This document shows, in pieces, positions 54,286 through 64,000 of a stretch of 64,000 nt of DNA. The translations under genes and the position numbers were made by a program. Numbering within the stretch: position 1 is the first letter of the stretch; each line of letters opens with the position of its first letter. This DNA comes from an uncultured virus (IMG/VR IMGVR_UViG_3300011375_000006) (taxonomy: Duplodnaviria; Heunggongvirae; Uroviricota; Caudoviricetes), in the IMG/VR virus record IMGVR_UViG_3300011375_000006; one strand, given 5' to 3'. The notes beneath the pieces were generated by a model. It was not told where the DNA came from. It searched no databases and was given only the letters and a program-made list of their open reading frames with translations.

Positions 54286-56882
54286 TGGCTATCAGCTGGA
54301 TCCAGCCGTCATTCGCTGGTGGTGAAATTGGCCCGTCTCTGTACGGTCGCATTGATATGGCTAAATATCAGATAGCGCTGCGCAAGTGCGATAATTTTAT
54401 CGTGCGGCAATACGGCGGCGTTGAGAACCGCCCTGGCACGCGTTTTGTTGGCGCAGCAAAATATCCCAATCGCAAATGCCGCCTTATTCCGTTTCAGTTC
54501 TCAACCGTACAGACGTATGCGCTGGAGTTTGGTCACGGATACATGCGCGTTATCAAGGATGGCGCTTATGTTCTGAACAGCAGCAATGTGATTTATGAAC
54601 TGGCTATGCCCTATGCAGAAGCCGATCTGTTCCGGATTAAATATACGCAGAGTGCGGACGTTTTAACGATCGTTCACCCGTCATACCCGCCAAAAGAATT
54701 ACGCCGGTACGCGCATGACAACTGGCAGATAGTCGATGTGGAAACGAAGAACGGTCCATTCGAAGATATCAACGTTAACGAAGCGATCACTGTTTATGCC
54801 AGTGACGAAACTGGAGTTGTAACGCTCACCGCCAGCCAGCCAATTTTTGGCGCTGAGCAGGCAGGGAAACTTTTTTATCTTGAGCAGCCTGCGATTGATT
54901 CCGTCCCTATATGGGAGACCGACAAAGTCATTTCCAGTGACGCCGTTGAATCTCAGTCATTTGATACTGAGGCAGAAGCAAGTGCGTTTGCCGTAACCCT
55001 TGATCCCGATGACATAATCAGTATCGCGCAAAGCCCAATAACGAATAAATGGGTGGTGACGTACAACCTTGGTTTCGTGCGCCGTGCCGACGGAAACTAT
55101 TATCTGGCAGTTTCGACCGGCAAAACCGGTACGCTGCGCCCGAGTCATACCGAGGGTACAGCATGGGATGGCTGGGGCGGCGACACTGGTGTGAAGTGGG
55201 AATACCTGCATTCCGGTTTCGGTATCGTAAGGATTACCGCTGTTTCTGGTGACGGTTTAACAGCAACCGCAACAGTAATTTCACGCATTCCATCCAATGT
55301 GGTGGGGAGCACCAAAGCGTCGTATAAATGGGCTCGCTACGCATGGAACAGTGTCAATGGATACCCGGGAACAGTCGCCTACTATCAGCAGCGCCTCTTC
55401 TTTGCCGCGTCCTGGGCTTACCCGCAAACCATCTGGGGCAGCCGTACTGGGGATTACAAGGATTTTGGTAAAAGCATCCCATTACAGGACGATGACAGAA
55501 TTATCTACACCTATGCTGGTCGGCAGGTTAATGAAATTCGGCATCTGATTGACGTCGGATCATTGGTTGCGCTGACGTCTGGTGGCGAATACGTGATAAC
55601 TGGCGACCAGAATAAAGTCCTGACGCCAGGCTCTTTCGCTTTCAGCTCGCAGGGTTCTAACGGATCAAGCGATGTACCTCCCATTGCGGTGGCAAATATT
55701 GCCCTGTTCATACAAGAGAAAGGCAGCATTGTCCGCGATCTGGCTTACTCCTTCGATGTTGACGGCTATCAGGGCAGTGATTTAACTATCCTGGCAAACC
55801 ACCTTTTCCAGAAGCATTCTGTGGTCGACTGGTCATTTTCTATCGTCCCATATTCAGCCGCCTGGTGCTGTCGTGATGATGGGCTGTTGATGGTGATGAC
55901 GTACCTGCGTGAACAGCAGGTATTTGCCTGGGCGCCGCAGTCAGGGCCGGGTAAGTTTGAAAGCACCTGCTCTATCAGTGAGGGTAGCGAAGATGCGGTG
56001 TATTTCATTGTTAACCGTTTTATTAACGGCCAGACGGTACGCTACATTGAGCGCCTTTCGAGCCGCATGTTTACTGATGAACTGGACGCTTTTTTTGTTG
56101 ATTCAGGTCTGAGCTATGACGGCAGAAACTACAGCGACAGGACGGCTACTATCACCGGTGGAACTGGTGATTGGGACTATCGCAACAACTATACGCTAAC
56201 GGTAAGTGGTGGCGAGTTTTTCTCTGCTGGTGACGTTGGCGTGCAAATACAGTTTCCTTACACAGGCACTGATCCCGACAATGGCGAGCTGGTGGCAATG
56301 GATTTACGCTGCGAGATACTTGCTGTGAACAGCGCCAATTCTGTCACCATTTCCGCTAACCGTAATGTTCCTCCTGTATTGCAGAACGCCGCAACCACCA
56401 ACTGGCGTGTTGCACGACGCACTTTCGGTGGGCTTTCGCATCTCGAAGGCCAGACGGTAAACATTCTTTCTGATGCCAACGTTGAACCGCAAAAGGTGGT
56501 TACCGGCGGCGCTGTCACGCTGCAAGAGCCCGGCGCGGTAGTTCACATTGGCCTGCCCATCAATGCTCAGTTTGAAACGCTGGACATCAACATTAACGGA
56601 CAAGAAACGCTGCTCGATAAAAAGCAAATCCTGCCTTCCGTGACTCTTATCGTTAATGCCAGCCGCGGCATTTGGGCAACCACTCCTGGCGGAAAATGGT
56701 ACGAATATCCGCAGCGCGAATTTGAGTTCTACGACGATCCGGTTAACGACTCCACAGGTAAAGTTGAAATTAAACTCGACAGTGTCTGGAGTAAAAGCAG
56801 CCGCGTGAAAATTCGCCAGACCGATCCGCTTCCGCTATCTGTCCTGGCTGTTATTCCTCGCCTTACCGTGGGGGGATTCTGA
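54285..56882 (+). CDS. Tail nozzle (T7 gp12-like)
   Basis: QPSF.GGE..P.L.GR.D, YP..V..YQQRL.F, Q.DPLP.SVL. Confidence 0.9.
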   Translation: MAISWIQPSFAGGEIGPSLYGRIDMAKYQIALRKCDNFIVRQYGGVENRPGTRFVGAAKYPNRKCRLIPFQFSTVQTYALEFGHGYMRVIKDGAYVLNSSNVIYELAMPYAEADLFRIKYTQSADVLTIVHPSYPPKELRRYAHDNWQIVDVETKNGPFEDINVNEAITVYASDETGVVTLTASQPIFGAEQAGKLFYLEQPAIDSVPIWETDKVISSDAVESQSFDTEAEASAFAVTLDPDDIISIAQSPITNKWVVTYNLGFVRRADGNYYLAVSTGKTGTLRPSHTEGTAWDGWGGDTGVKWEYLHSGFGIVRITAVSGDGLTATATVISRIPSNVVGSTKASYKWARYAWNSVNGYPGTVAYYQQRLFFAASWAYPQTIWGSRTGDYKDFGKSIPLQDDDRIIYTYAGRQVNEIRHLIDVGSLVALTSGGEYVITGDQNKVLTPGSFAFSSQGSNGSSDVPPIAVANIALFIQEKGSIVRDLAYSFDVDGYQGSDLTILANHLFQKHSVVDWSFSIVPYSAAWCCRDDGLLMVMTYLREQQVFAWAPQSGPGKFESTCSISEGSEDAVYFIVNRFINGQTVRYIERLSSRMFTDELDAFFVDSGLSYDGRNYSDRTATITGGTGDWDYRNNYTLTVSGGEFFSAGDVGVQIQFPYTGTDPDNGELVAMDLRCEILAVNSANSVTISANRNVPPVLQNAATTNWRVARRTFGGLSHLEGQTVNILSDANVEPQKVVTGGAVTLQEPGAVVHIGLPINAQFETLDININGQETLLDKKQILPSVTLIVNASRGIWATTPGGKWYEYPQREFEFYDDPVNDSTGKVEIKLDSVWSKSSRVKIRQTDPLPLSVLAVIPRLTVGGF

Positions 56883-57346
56883 TGATCGATATCCAGTTAT
56901 TGTCCGCGAATGAAGAGCATATCCAGTTAATCCTGCCGAATGTACGCCAGGCAGATATTGATGAGCTCTATGCGGTATCGCTTATGAGCACTGAAGATGC
57001 AATCCGTATCGGTATCCTCACAGCAACTATGGCCTGGTCTGGTTTCGCCAATGGTGAGCTGGTCACGATGTTCGGCGTATCGCCCGCATCAATGATCGGT
57101 GGCAACGGTATTCCCTGGCTGGTGAGCACCCACCTGGTGGAGAAATACCAGAAAACCTTTCTGCGCCGCAGCCGTTACGCGTTACAGGCGATGCTTGAGG
57201 TGTATCCGCGCCTTGAAAATTACGTTGATGAGCGCAACCACGTCGCAAAAGCCTGGCTGCACTGGCTTGGATTTCACCTTGAAGAGCCAGCGCCATACGG
57301 CGCGCTTGGCCTGAACTTTCACCGTTTCCATATGGAGAAAAAATAA
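56882..57346 (+). CDS. GNAT-like virion assembly protein (T7 gp13-like)
   Basis: R.AD..E, LEN.VD.RN.....WL.WLGF. Confidence 0.75.
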   Translation: MIDIQLLSANEEHIQLILPNVRQADIDELYAVSLMSTEDAIRIGILTATMAWSGFANGELVTMFGVSPASMIGGNGIPWLVSTHLVEKYQKTFLRRSRYALQAMLEVYPRLENYVDERNHVAKAWLHWLGFHLEEPAPYGALGLNFHRFHMEKK

Positions 57347-57885
57347 TGTGCGGACCGGTAGCATTTGTTGCAGCCTCCATCGCCATCTCGGCTATGCAGG
57401 CTTATAACCAGCATCAACAAGGCAAATATGCAAAAGCTGTGGCGAATCAAAACGCTGATATTGCAGAAGCTCAGGCGGAGGATGCCGTTAATCGCGGCAA
57501 CATCGCAGCGGATCAGCGACGTCGTGAAATGCGCCAGCGGCAGGGTACTCAGGCGGCGACTATGGGGGCGACTGGAGCCGATCTCGGTAGCGGTAACGCG
57601 CTGGATATCTTTGCCGATACTGCACAATTCGGCACCCTTGATGCACTGACGACGGTAAATAACGCACAGCGCGAAGCGTATGGTTATCAGGTTCAAGGCA
57701 TGAATGCTACAGCACAGGGCAATGCAGCTCAAAGCCAGGCAAGAGCAGCGGTAACCCAAACTATCCTTACCGCTCCGCTGAAGGCCTACGGCGCGTACCA
57801 GATGGGTGGCGGAACATGGTCGCCATTCACCCAATCCAGTGCAGCACCAATCAGTGCGGCGGTCGGCACGCCAACAGGGAGATAA
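57346..57885 (+). CDS. Internal virion/ejection protein (gp14-like)
   Basis: MC.P start, Ala/Gln-rich, G.Q.A...A.G. Confidence 0.75.
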   Translation: MCGPVAFVAASIAISAMQAYNQHQQGKYAKAVANQNADIAEAQAEDAVNRGNIAADQRRREMRQRQGTQAATMGATGADLGSGNALDIFADTAQFGTLDALTTVNNAQREAYGYQVQGMNATAQGNAAQSQARAAVTQTILTAPLKAYGAYQMGGGTWSPFTQSSAAPISAAVGTPTGR

Positions 57886-57889
57886 GACG

Positions 57890-60397
57890 ATGCCAACAGT
57901 ACCGACAGCAACCGGGCGGCAGGTTGAAAGCCGTGGCGTTCAAACGGGCGGATTCAACACATTTCAGGTTCCACAGACTGGCGCACTCATTGCTGACGCC
58001 GCTGATAAATACATGGGTGCATTTGCGGAAGCCAAGCAGCGCGCCAATGTCGCGATGGCACAGGATGCATCGTTGCAGTTAAGCGCAGTCGGCAGTGATC
58101 TGATGACGAACCCGGAAACGGGCCTGCTTAACCTGAAAGGAAAAAACGCCATTGGCAAGGGCCAGGTTTACACACAGCAGTTTGATGCTCAGGTTGAGCA
58201 GATCGCCGGGTCACTCCCTGACGAGCAATCACGCAACGCGTTTTTGCAGCAGGCGCAGCAGCAGCGTATCCAGTTTGCTAGTCAGGCCGGACGGCATGAA
58301 ATCGGGCAGATTAATGCTTATGAAGAGGGCCAGTTTCAGGCCACTCTGCTTAATAACGGCAAAATGGCGGCAGGTATGTACGGCGACAACGCCGCTTACG
58401 TCGCCGCAAATCAGCAAACTTTCCAGCAGATTGAGCAGTACGGCGCCGCGCATGGCTGGAGCGATGAGCAAATCCAGGCCAAGAAAATTGAGTTCAAAGA
58501 GAAGGTTGCCGATACCGCGCTGTCTCAATGGTCTGCAAATAACGCTGTTGGGTTTATTCAAAGCAACGGGGAGTTAAGCGATACGGCAATGGGCTCCCGC
58601 CGTGCGGTGTCAGGTGGTTCCGCAGGTGTACGCGGTATTCGCAACAACAACCCGGGCAACCTTGAATACAGTGATTCAAATCCGTGGGTAGGCCAGACGG
58701 GTAGCGATGGCCGGTTTGCCAAATTCGAGACGCCTGAGCATGGCATTCGTGCGCTGGGTCGCAACCTTATTTCTTACCAGAAGCAGGGGATCGACACGGT
58801 TAACGACATTATTAACCGTTGGGCACCGCCGGAAGATAACAATGATACTGCCTCTTATATCAAGGCCGTATGCGCACAACTTGGCGTTGAACCAAATCAG
58901 CCGGTTAATGCCTCAGATCCTGACACTCTGAAAGCACTTTGCGCTGCGATAATCCATCACGAAAACGGCGAGCAGCCATACGATGCACAACAACTCAGCA
59001 CTGGCGTTAATGCCGCGCTGGGTATCGCGGATCTTCCCTCCACCAACAAGCGCTATACCGGTAACGCAGCATTCGACGCGGCAAGCCCACAGGCGCAGGC
59101 TGCTTTCCTGCGCCAGTCTGAACAGATGCGCAACCAGCAGCAGGCCGAATATCGGGCCTTGCTGGATGGCCGCGTGCGTGATGCCAATGCTGCATATCAG
59201 CGCGGTGTTGAGTTTCCTGACGCACCGTCACAGACCGATTTTATGGCGGCTTACGGGGTGCGCGAGGGCAACGCCCGCTATACAGAATTCCGCAATAACC
59301 AGATCGCCGGCCAGTATATCGGCGCGTTTCGCACGCTCCCAACCAAAAGTATTGAGTCTGCCGTTAAGGGGCTTGAGCCTGGAACCGGGGAAACAGGAGA
59401 AGGGTATGCAGCGCGCGCCCAGACGTATGACGCCGTTGTGCGTGCGGCCAGTGAGGTTATCCGCCAGAGGCAGGCAGATCCGGTACAGTTCTCCCTTGCT
59501 TCCGGGCAGTCAAAGCCCATCAACCTTAACGACCAGGCTGGTTTCGCCGAAACAATCGCCCTCCGCGCTTCGCAGGTTGAAGGCCTGGCGCAGTCATACG
59601 ACACACCGTTGACCTTCTTTTCCAAAGATGAAGCAAACCAGATCGGTGCATTCTTCCGTGACGCGCCAGTCTCCCAGCAGTCCGCTTATCTTGACGCCAT
59701 TCATAAAAGCACTGGTGGCGGTAAAACCTATATGGCCGCACTACAGCAGATCAGCGTAAACGCGCCGTCGGCGGCTGTGGCTGGCATTCTGATGGATAAG
59801 CCTGGCGGCATGGTGGCGGAAAAAAACTGGTTTAACCCTGATGTAAACGTGTCTCCTGACATTGCGTCACAGACAATCCTGGCTGGTGCAGCGGCACGCA
59901 AAGGCAGTAAAGATGTGAAAGGTATGGTGATGCCGAAAGAAACCGACATGCGCATGGAATTTACCGACACGGTACAGGATGCATTTGCCGGTGACGCGCA
60001 GGGCGCAACGATGGCTTATGAGGTAGCGAAAGATTATTACGCTGGCGTCATGGCTAAAAAGGGTGATTTCTCAGGGGAACTTGATGCCAGCGTATGGAAG
60101 CAGGCGATCAACGTAGCTACCGGCGGAACGTACGACTATAACGGCATGGGCAACGTATTGCTGCCGTGGGGTATGGCTCCAGAGCAGTTTGATAAGCAGG
60201 TCAATCAGGCGTGGGAAAACCAGATAGTTAAAGCCGGTATCAAGGCACCGCAAGGCCAGTATGGTCTGCAAAGTTACGGTGACAGCCAGTACTTGATTAA
60301 ACTCGGCACCGGATACCTTCTTAAAGATGACGGAACCCCTGTGATCCTTGACCTTACTCAGCAGCGCCAGCGCTTTGCAGGAGGCATCCCACAATGA
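57890..60397 (+). CDS. Internal virion/ejection protein with lysozyme-like domain (gp15-like)
   Basis: MPTVPT start; RGIRNNNPGNL...GRFAKF.TPE.GIRAL. Confidence 0.8.
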   Translation: MPTVPTATGRQVESRGVQTGGFNTFQVPQTGALIADAADKYMGAFAEAKQRANVAMAQDASLQLSAVGSDLMTNPETGLLNLKGKNAIGKGQVYTQQFDAQVEQIAGSLPDEQSRNAFLQQAQQQRIQFASQAGRHEIGQINAYEEGQFQATLLNNGKMAAGMYGDNAAYVAANQQTFQQIEQYGAAHGWSDEQIQAKKIEFKEKVADTALSQWSANNAVGFIQSNGELSDTAMGSRRAVSGGSAGVRGIRNNNPGNLEYSDSNPWVGQTGSDGRFAKFETPEHGIRALGRNLISYQKQGIDTVNDIINRWAPPEDNNDTASYIKAVCAQLGVEPNQPVNASDPDTLKALCAAIIHHENGEQPYDAQQLSTGVNAALGIADLPSTNKRYTGNAAFDAASPQAQAAFLRQSEQMRNQQQAEYRALLDGRVRDANAAYQRGVEFPDAPSQTDFMAAYGVREGNARYTEFRNNQIAGQYIGAFRTLPTKSIESAVKGLEPGTGETGEGYAARAQTYDAVVRAASEVIRQRQADPVQFSLASGQSKPINLNDQAGFAETIALRASQVEGLAQSYDTPLTFFSKDEANQIGAFFRDAPVSQQSAYLDAIHKSTGGGKTYMAALQQISVNAPSAAVAGILMDKPGGMVAEKNWFNPDVNVSPDIASQTILAGAAARKGSKDVKGMVMPKETDMRMEFTDTVQDAFAGDAQGATMAYEVAKDYYAGVMAKKGDFSGELDASVWKQAINVATGGTYDYNGMGNVLLPWGMAPEQFDKQVNQAWENQIVKAGIKAPQGQYGLQSYGDSQYLIKLGTGYLLKDDGTPVILDLTQQRQRFAGGIPQ

Positions 60398-62190
60398 GTT
60401 ATTTCGGGCTCAATACGGTAAATCAGAACCAGCAACTGGATACCGCCGCGTCAAATCCGGCTGGTGTATCTGGCGATAACGATGTCGGATTCTTTGACAA
60501 TGCCGGTGGTGCGGCGCTGTCCGGGCTTTATTCTGGCCTGGTGGCGAAACCAGATCAATTGCTTTGGGCTGGTGTTGATACCGTTGTTTCTCCTATCGCG
60601 CAGTTCATCAACGAAAACACGCCAGTTCGTGACACGTCACAGGAGTTTATCGCAGAACAGCGAAAACTGGCGCAGGAACAGGTAAAGCGGCTCACGCCAG
60701 ACGCCGCCACAACCGGCACCGCCGGGCAGGTGCTTAACGGTCTGTTTGATATGGGATCGCAGGCGGTGGTGGGTACAGTGCTTGGCGGTCCTCTTGTTGG
60801 TGCGGCTGCTGTAACCTCCGGACAGGGCTTTTCAGAATTCGAACGGCTCCGAGCTGCTGGTGTGGACGTCGCTACGGCTCAGGATGTGGCGTTGGTTCAT
60901 GGTATTACCGCCGGTGCTGGCACGCTGATCCCAATGAGCCTGGGCCTGCGCGCTGGCGGCGCGCTGGCGGAAAGCATTGGCGCGCAGATTGCCCGCGGAG
61001 GTGAAAGTGCCGCGCGTAACGTGCTGGCGGCCACTGCCCGCGCCGCGCCGGATATCGCCTATGCCGCCGGAACAAACGTTGCTTTTGGCATGGCTCAGCG
61101 CGGTCTCACCGCCTCAACGCTGCGGAGCGGCGGTTATGATGAGATGGCAGCGCAGTACGATGTATTTGACCGCCAGGCGCTGGCGATCGATGCGGTGCTG
61201 GGCGTTGCGTTCGGTGGCATAGGCCGCTTCGTGAATTCCCGTGGCGAAACCGTTCGCCCGCCGGAATTTGCTCCCGCTGATGTGGATGCGGCGCTGGCAG
61301 CCAACGCATCGCAGCACGCTGAATTCGACGTGGCGCCAGGCGTGCCGGTTAACGTGTTGTCGCGTAACGCCCATATTCAGGCACTGCAAAAAGCAATGCG
61401 CGATGTGAGTGAGGGAAATCGCGTTGACGTCGCCAGCATCGCCGAGGCTGCCGATTTCAGCTCCGTGCCCGGCAGGCGCAACCTGATATCTCAGGCCATA
61501 GATGAAGCTCTTTTTACCGCCGAAGAAGGGGCGACGTCGCGCGCCGTGGAGACAAGAATTCTGGAAGAACAGGCCGCCCAGGTATTGCCGCTGGGTGAGC
61601 GTAAAGCACTTCAGTCTGAGATCGCCAATAGTGAACGTATCCTGGAAAACCTTAACACTGATCGCGCTGCCATCCTGGCAGAGGAACCTGTCGGAAGTGG
61701 TAAAGAACTGGCACAGGCAAGGGCTGATAAGCAGGCACGACTGCGGGCGGTAGACCAACGCATCAGCGAAACAACCGCCCGGCTGGAAACAGCCAGAAAC
61801 GATCTGGCACCGCATGAACCCGGCGGCGCAAACTTTGAGGCGAGGGCAGAACTGGCGCGCAGGCAGCAGGCAGAAACAGACTTGAATGCCCAGGCCATGT
61901 CTTACTACAAAACTGCTGAAGTACTAACCGCAGATGAAGCGGCCCCATTCAATAACACCCGCCCATTAACTCAGGTTGACCAGCAATCCACCCATGACAT
62001 TGACCTTAAGTTTGCTGAAGATTCACTTGCGGCATCGCCGGACATGTTGATCACGATACTTGATGATGACGGCAATCCGCAGTCCCGCAGCGCTCGCGAC
62101 GTTCTGGAAGAGGCTAAACGCGAGAATGAGCAGGCGATACAGGATTCCAGCCTGTTTGATGTGGCTGTAGCGTGTTTCTTGAGAGGATAA
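60394..62190 (+). CDS. Internal virion/ejection protein (gp16-like)
   Basis: Ala/Gly-rich with hydrophobic segments; ends AVACFLRG. Confidence 0.75.
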   Translation: MSYFGLNTVNQNQQLDTAASNPAGVSGDNDVGFFDNAGGAALSGLYSGLVAKPDQLLWAGVDTVVSPIAQFINENTPVRDTSQEFIAEQRKLAQEQVKRLTPDAATTGTAGQVLNGLFDMGSQAVVGTVLGGPLVGAAAVTSGQGFSEFERLRAAGVDVATAQDVALVHGITAGAGTLIPMSLGLRAGGALAESIGAQIARGGESAARNVLAATARAAPDIAYAAGTNVAFGMAQRGLTASTLRSGGYDEMAAQYDVFDRQALAIDAVLGVAFGGIGRFVNSRGETVRPPEFAPADVDAALAANASQHAEFDVAPGVPVNVLSRNAHIQALQKAMRDVSEGNRVDVASIAEAADFSSVPGRRNLISQAIDEALFTAEEGATSRAVETRILEEQAAQVLPLGERKALQSEIANSERILENLNTDRAAILAEEPVGSGKELAQARADKQARLRAVDQRISETTARLETARNDLAPHEPGGANFEARAELARRQQAETDLNAQAMSYYKTAEVLTADEAAPFNNTRPLTQVDQQSTHDIDLKFAEDSLAASPDMLITILDDDGNPQSRSARDVLEEAKRENEQAIQDSSLFDVAVACFLRG

Positions 62191-62196
62191 CTATTC

Positions 62197-64000
62197 ATGC
62201 GCCAGGAATGTATTAACGCAGTTCAACAGGCAGCGCAGCGCACCCTTACCGCTCGCGAAATCCAGAATATCGAAGATCGCATTTACCGCAATATGCGCCA
62301 GCTTGCACGTAATGATCCGGCATCCTGGCGGCAGATGACCGATGCGGAACGGCTGCGCCGCGCCGGGCAACTGGCGGCGGACGAATTGCAGCAGGAAGCA
62401 GGACTGAAGCGCCGCCGCGTTGCCCTGACTATTGCAGCGCGCCAGCGGCTGGACACATTCATTAACAGCTACCAGGGTACCGACGGGAAGCTGGGCGCTC
62501 TTAACCGCACGATCGCCTTCAGTGCTGACGGGAAATCTAATTTCCTGTCTGTCGAGTCGCGCGGAAAGGCCACGCGTGACTATGCGCTCAGCCAGATCCA
62601 GGAAGCGTTTGAAGCCGTTGATCCCCGCTTTTTCCACCTTTTCGAAGATGAAAAGGGAGTCCGTGATCTGGTATTCGAAATTCGCGGGCAGGACACGGGC
62701 AACGTCAAGGCGAAGAAGGGGGCAAAGGCCTGGTCAGACGTTACTGAACTACTGCGCCGCCGGTTCAACGATGCAGGTGGTGATATCGGCTATCTGGAAA
62801 ACTGGGGCATCCCTCAACACCACTCAATGGAGAAGGTCGGAAAGGTATCAAAAGAGAGGTGGGTAAGCGACGTAATCGGCAAACTGGACCGAAAATATTA
62901 CATCAAGGAGGATGGCCAGTTGATGAGCGACGCTGAGGTTACGGCGTTCCTCGGCGAGGCATACAACACGATTGCTACTGGTGGTCTGAACAAGCTGAGC
63001 GATTCCGGTCTGCGCTTGTCCGGAGCACGGGCCAATCGCGGCAATGCGTCACGCCAGATTCATTTTAAGGATGCTGATTCCTACCTTGAATACCAGAATC
63101 AGTACGGTGACAGATCCCTGTGGGAAGTGATGGTAGGGCATCTGGAGGGCATCAGCAAAGATATCGCGCTGGTAGAAACCTACGGCCCAAACCCGGATCA
63201 TGTTTTCCGGTCTATTCTCGATGAGGTGACAGCAGAGACCGCCACGGCTAACCCGCAACGGCGTGGCAGTATTAAAAATTTATCCAATAAAACTGAGAAT
63301 CTTTACAACTTCATTTCCGGGAAAACTCAGCCAATAGCCAACCCTCATATAGCGCAATGGTCGGATAACATCCGTAACTGGATGGTGGCAAGTCGCCTGG
63401 GGTCCGCGCTGCTGGCGTCATTCTCTGACCTGGGCACCATGTATCTTTCGGCGAAGGTAACCAATCTGCCGATGAACCAGCTTTTTCGCAACCAGCTTGA
63501 AGCGATGGACCCGACAAACCGCGTCGAGCTGGCCCGCGCGCGCCGCGCCGGTCTGGCGATGGAATCCCTGCTGGGCAGCGTTAACCGCTGGGCAATGGAT
63601 AATATGGGGCCGTCTAAAGCGCGGTGGGCAGCAACCGCAGTAATGCGGGCCAGCGGTCTTACCGCATGGTCAGACGCGCACAAACGCGCTTACGGCGTAA
63701 CGATGATGGGCAGCCTGGGCGAGGTCGTTTCACGATCGCCGGATTTGCGCAGCCTCGATGACGCGGATTTCCGTATTCTGAAAAGCAAAGGCATTACCGA
63801 GCAGGATTTCAGTGTGTGGAAGCTGGCAGATCAGGAAGACTGGGGGAAAGGCAACAACACAATGTTGACGCCGGAAAGCATTATGCGCATTCCTGACGAC
63901 GCGGTTAAACACCTGGGCGCGCCGGAGCGGGTTAAATTCGAGGCTATGCGTAAGCTACTTGGCGCGGTGGCGGAAGAGGTGGACATGGCGGTGATTACGC
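62197..64000 (+). CDS. Internal virion protein (gp17-like), truncated by the window end
   Basis: Frame MRQECINAVQQAAQR appears open to 64000; absent from the ORF track, consistent with no stop in the window. Confidence 0.8.
   Translation, partial: MRQECINAVQQAAQRTLTAREIQNIEDRIYRNMRQLARNDPASWRQMTDAERLRRAGQLAADELQQEAGLKRRRVALTIAARQRLDTFINSYQGTDGKLGALNRTIAFSADGKSNFLSVESRGKATRDYALSQIQEAFEAVDPRFFHLFEDEKGVRDLVFEIRGQDTGNVKAKKGAKAWSDVTELLRRRFNDAGGDIGYLENWGIPQHHSMEKVGKVSKERWVSDVIGKLDRKYYIKEDGQLMSDAEVTAFLGEAYNTIATGGLNKLSDSGLRLSGARANRGNASRQIHFKDADSYLEYQNQYGDRSLWEVMVGHLEGISKDIALVETYGPNPDHVFRSILDEVTAETATANPQRRGSIKNLSNKTENLYNFISGKTQPIANPHIAQWSDNIRNWMVASRLGSALLASFSDLGTMYLSAKVTNLPMNQLFRNQLEAMDPTNRVELARARRAGLAMESLLGSVNRWAMDNMGPSKARWAATAVMRASGLTAWSDAHKRAYGVTMMGSLGEVVSRSPDLRSLDDADFRILKSKGITEQDFSVWKLADQEDWGKGNNTMLTPESIMRIPDDAVKHLGAPERVKFEAMRKLLGAVAEEVDMAVIT

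Larger units (their letters stand above)
44352..64000 (+). mobile_element. epsilon15/phiV10-like podovirus packaging and virion module (continues past the window)
   Basis: terS-terL-portal-scaffold-capsid-adaptor-nozzle-ejection protein order. Confidence 0.9.

Overview
Enterobacterial chromosome window that is almost entirely prophage DNA. After one host gene (ydcH-like, 1-228) and a probable att end (~400-557) come four blocks. (i) A complete-looking contractile-tail (myovirus) morphogenesis operon on the minus strand (962-24368; DUF1073 portal, DUF2184 capsid, DUF3383 sheath). (ii) Lysis genes, a long structured late leader, Q, nin region and O/DnaB replication (24565-34992). (iii) A lambda-like immunity region (cII-cro-cI, a hicB-hicA pair in the rex position, N, cIII-like, RecE-like recombination and ea genes; 35033-44161). 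(iv) Where xis/int/att should follow, the DNA instead continues on the plus strand into a second, epsilon15/phiV10-like podovirus packaging and virion module (44352 to beyond 64000). One immunity/replication core therefore sits between two divergent, unrelated virion modules, with no integrase in the window. The strongest non-coding signal is a set of modular structured-RNA cassettes shared between the two phage halves (26.1-26.7 kb, 37.7 kb, 38.8 kb, 47.9-48.4 kb). They include a constant RNase III-like stem enclosing unrelated ~40-nt loops, a tRNA-like three-way junction, and CU-rich anti-Shine-Dalgarno-like seeds, which suggests processed small-RNA arrays. Family assignments come from recalled motifs and synteny; no database searches or folding programs were run.
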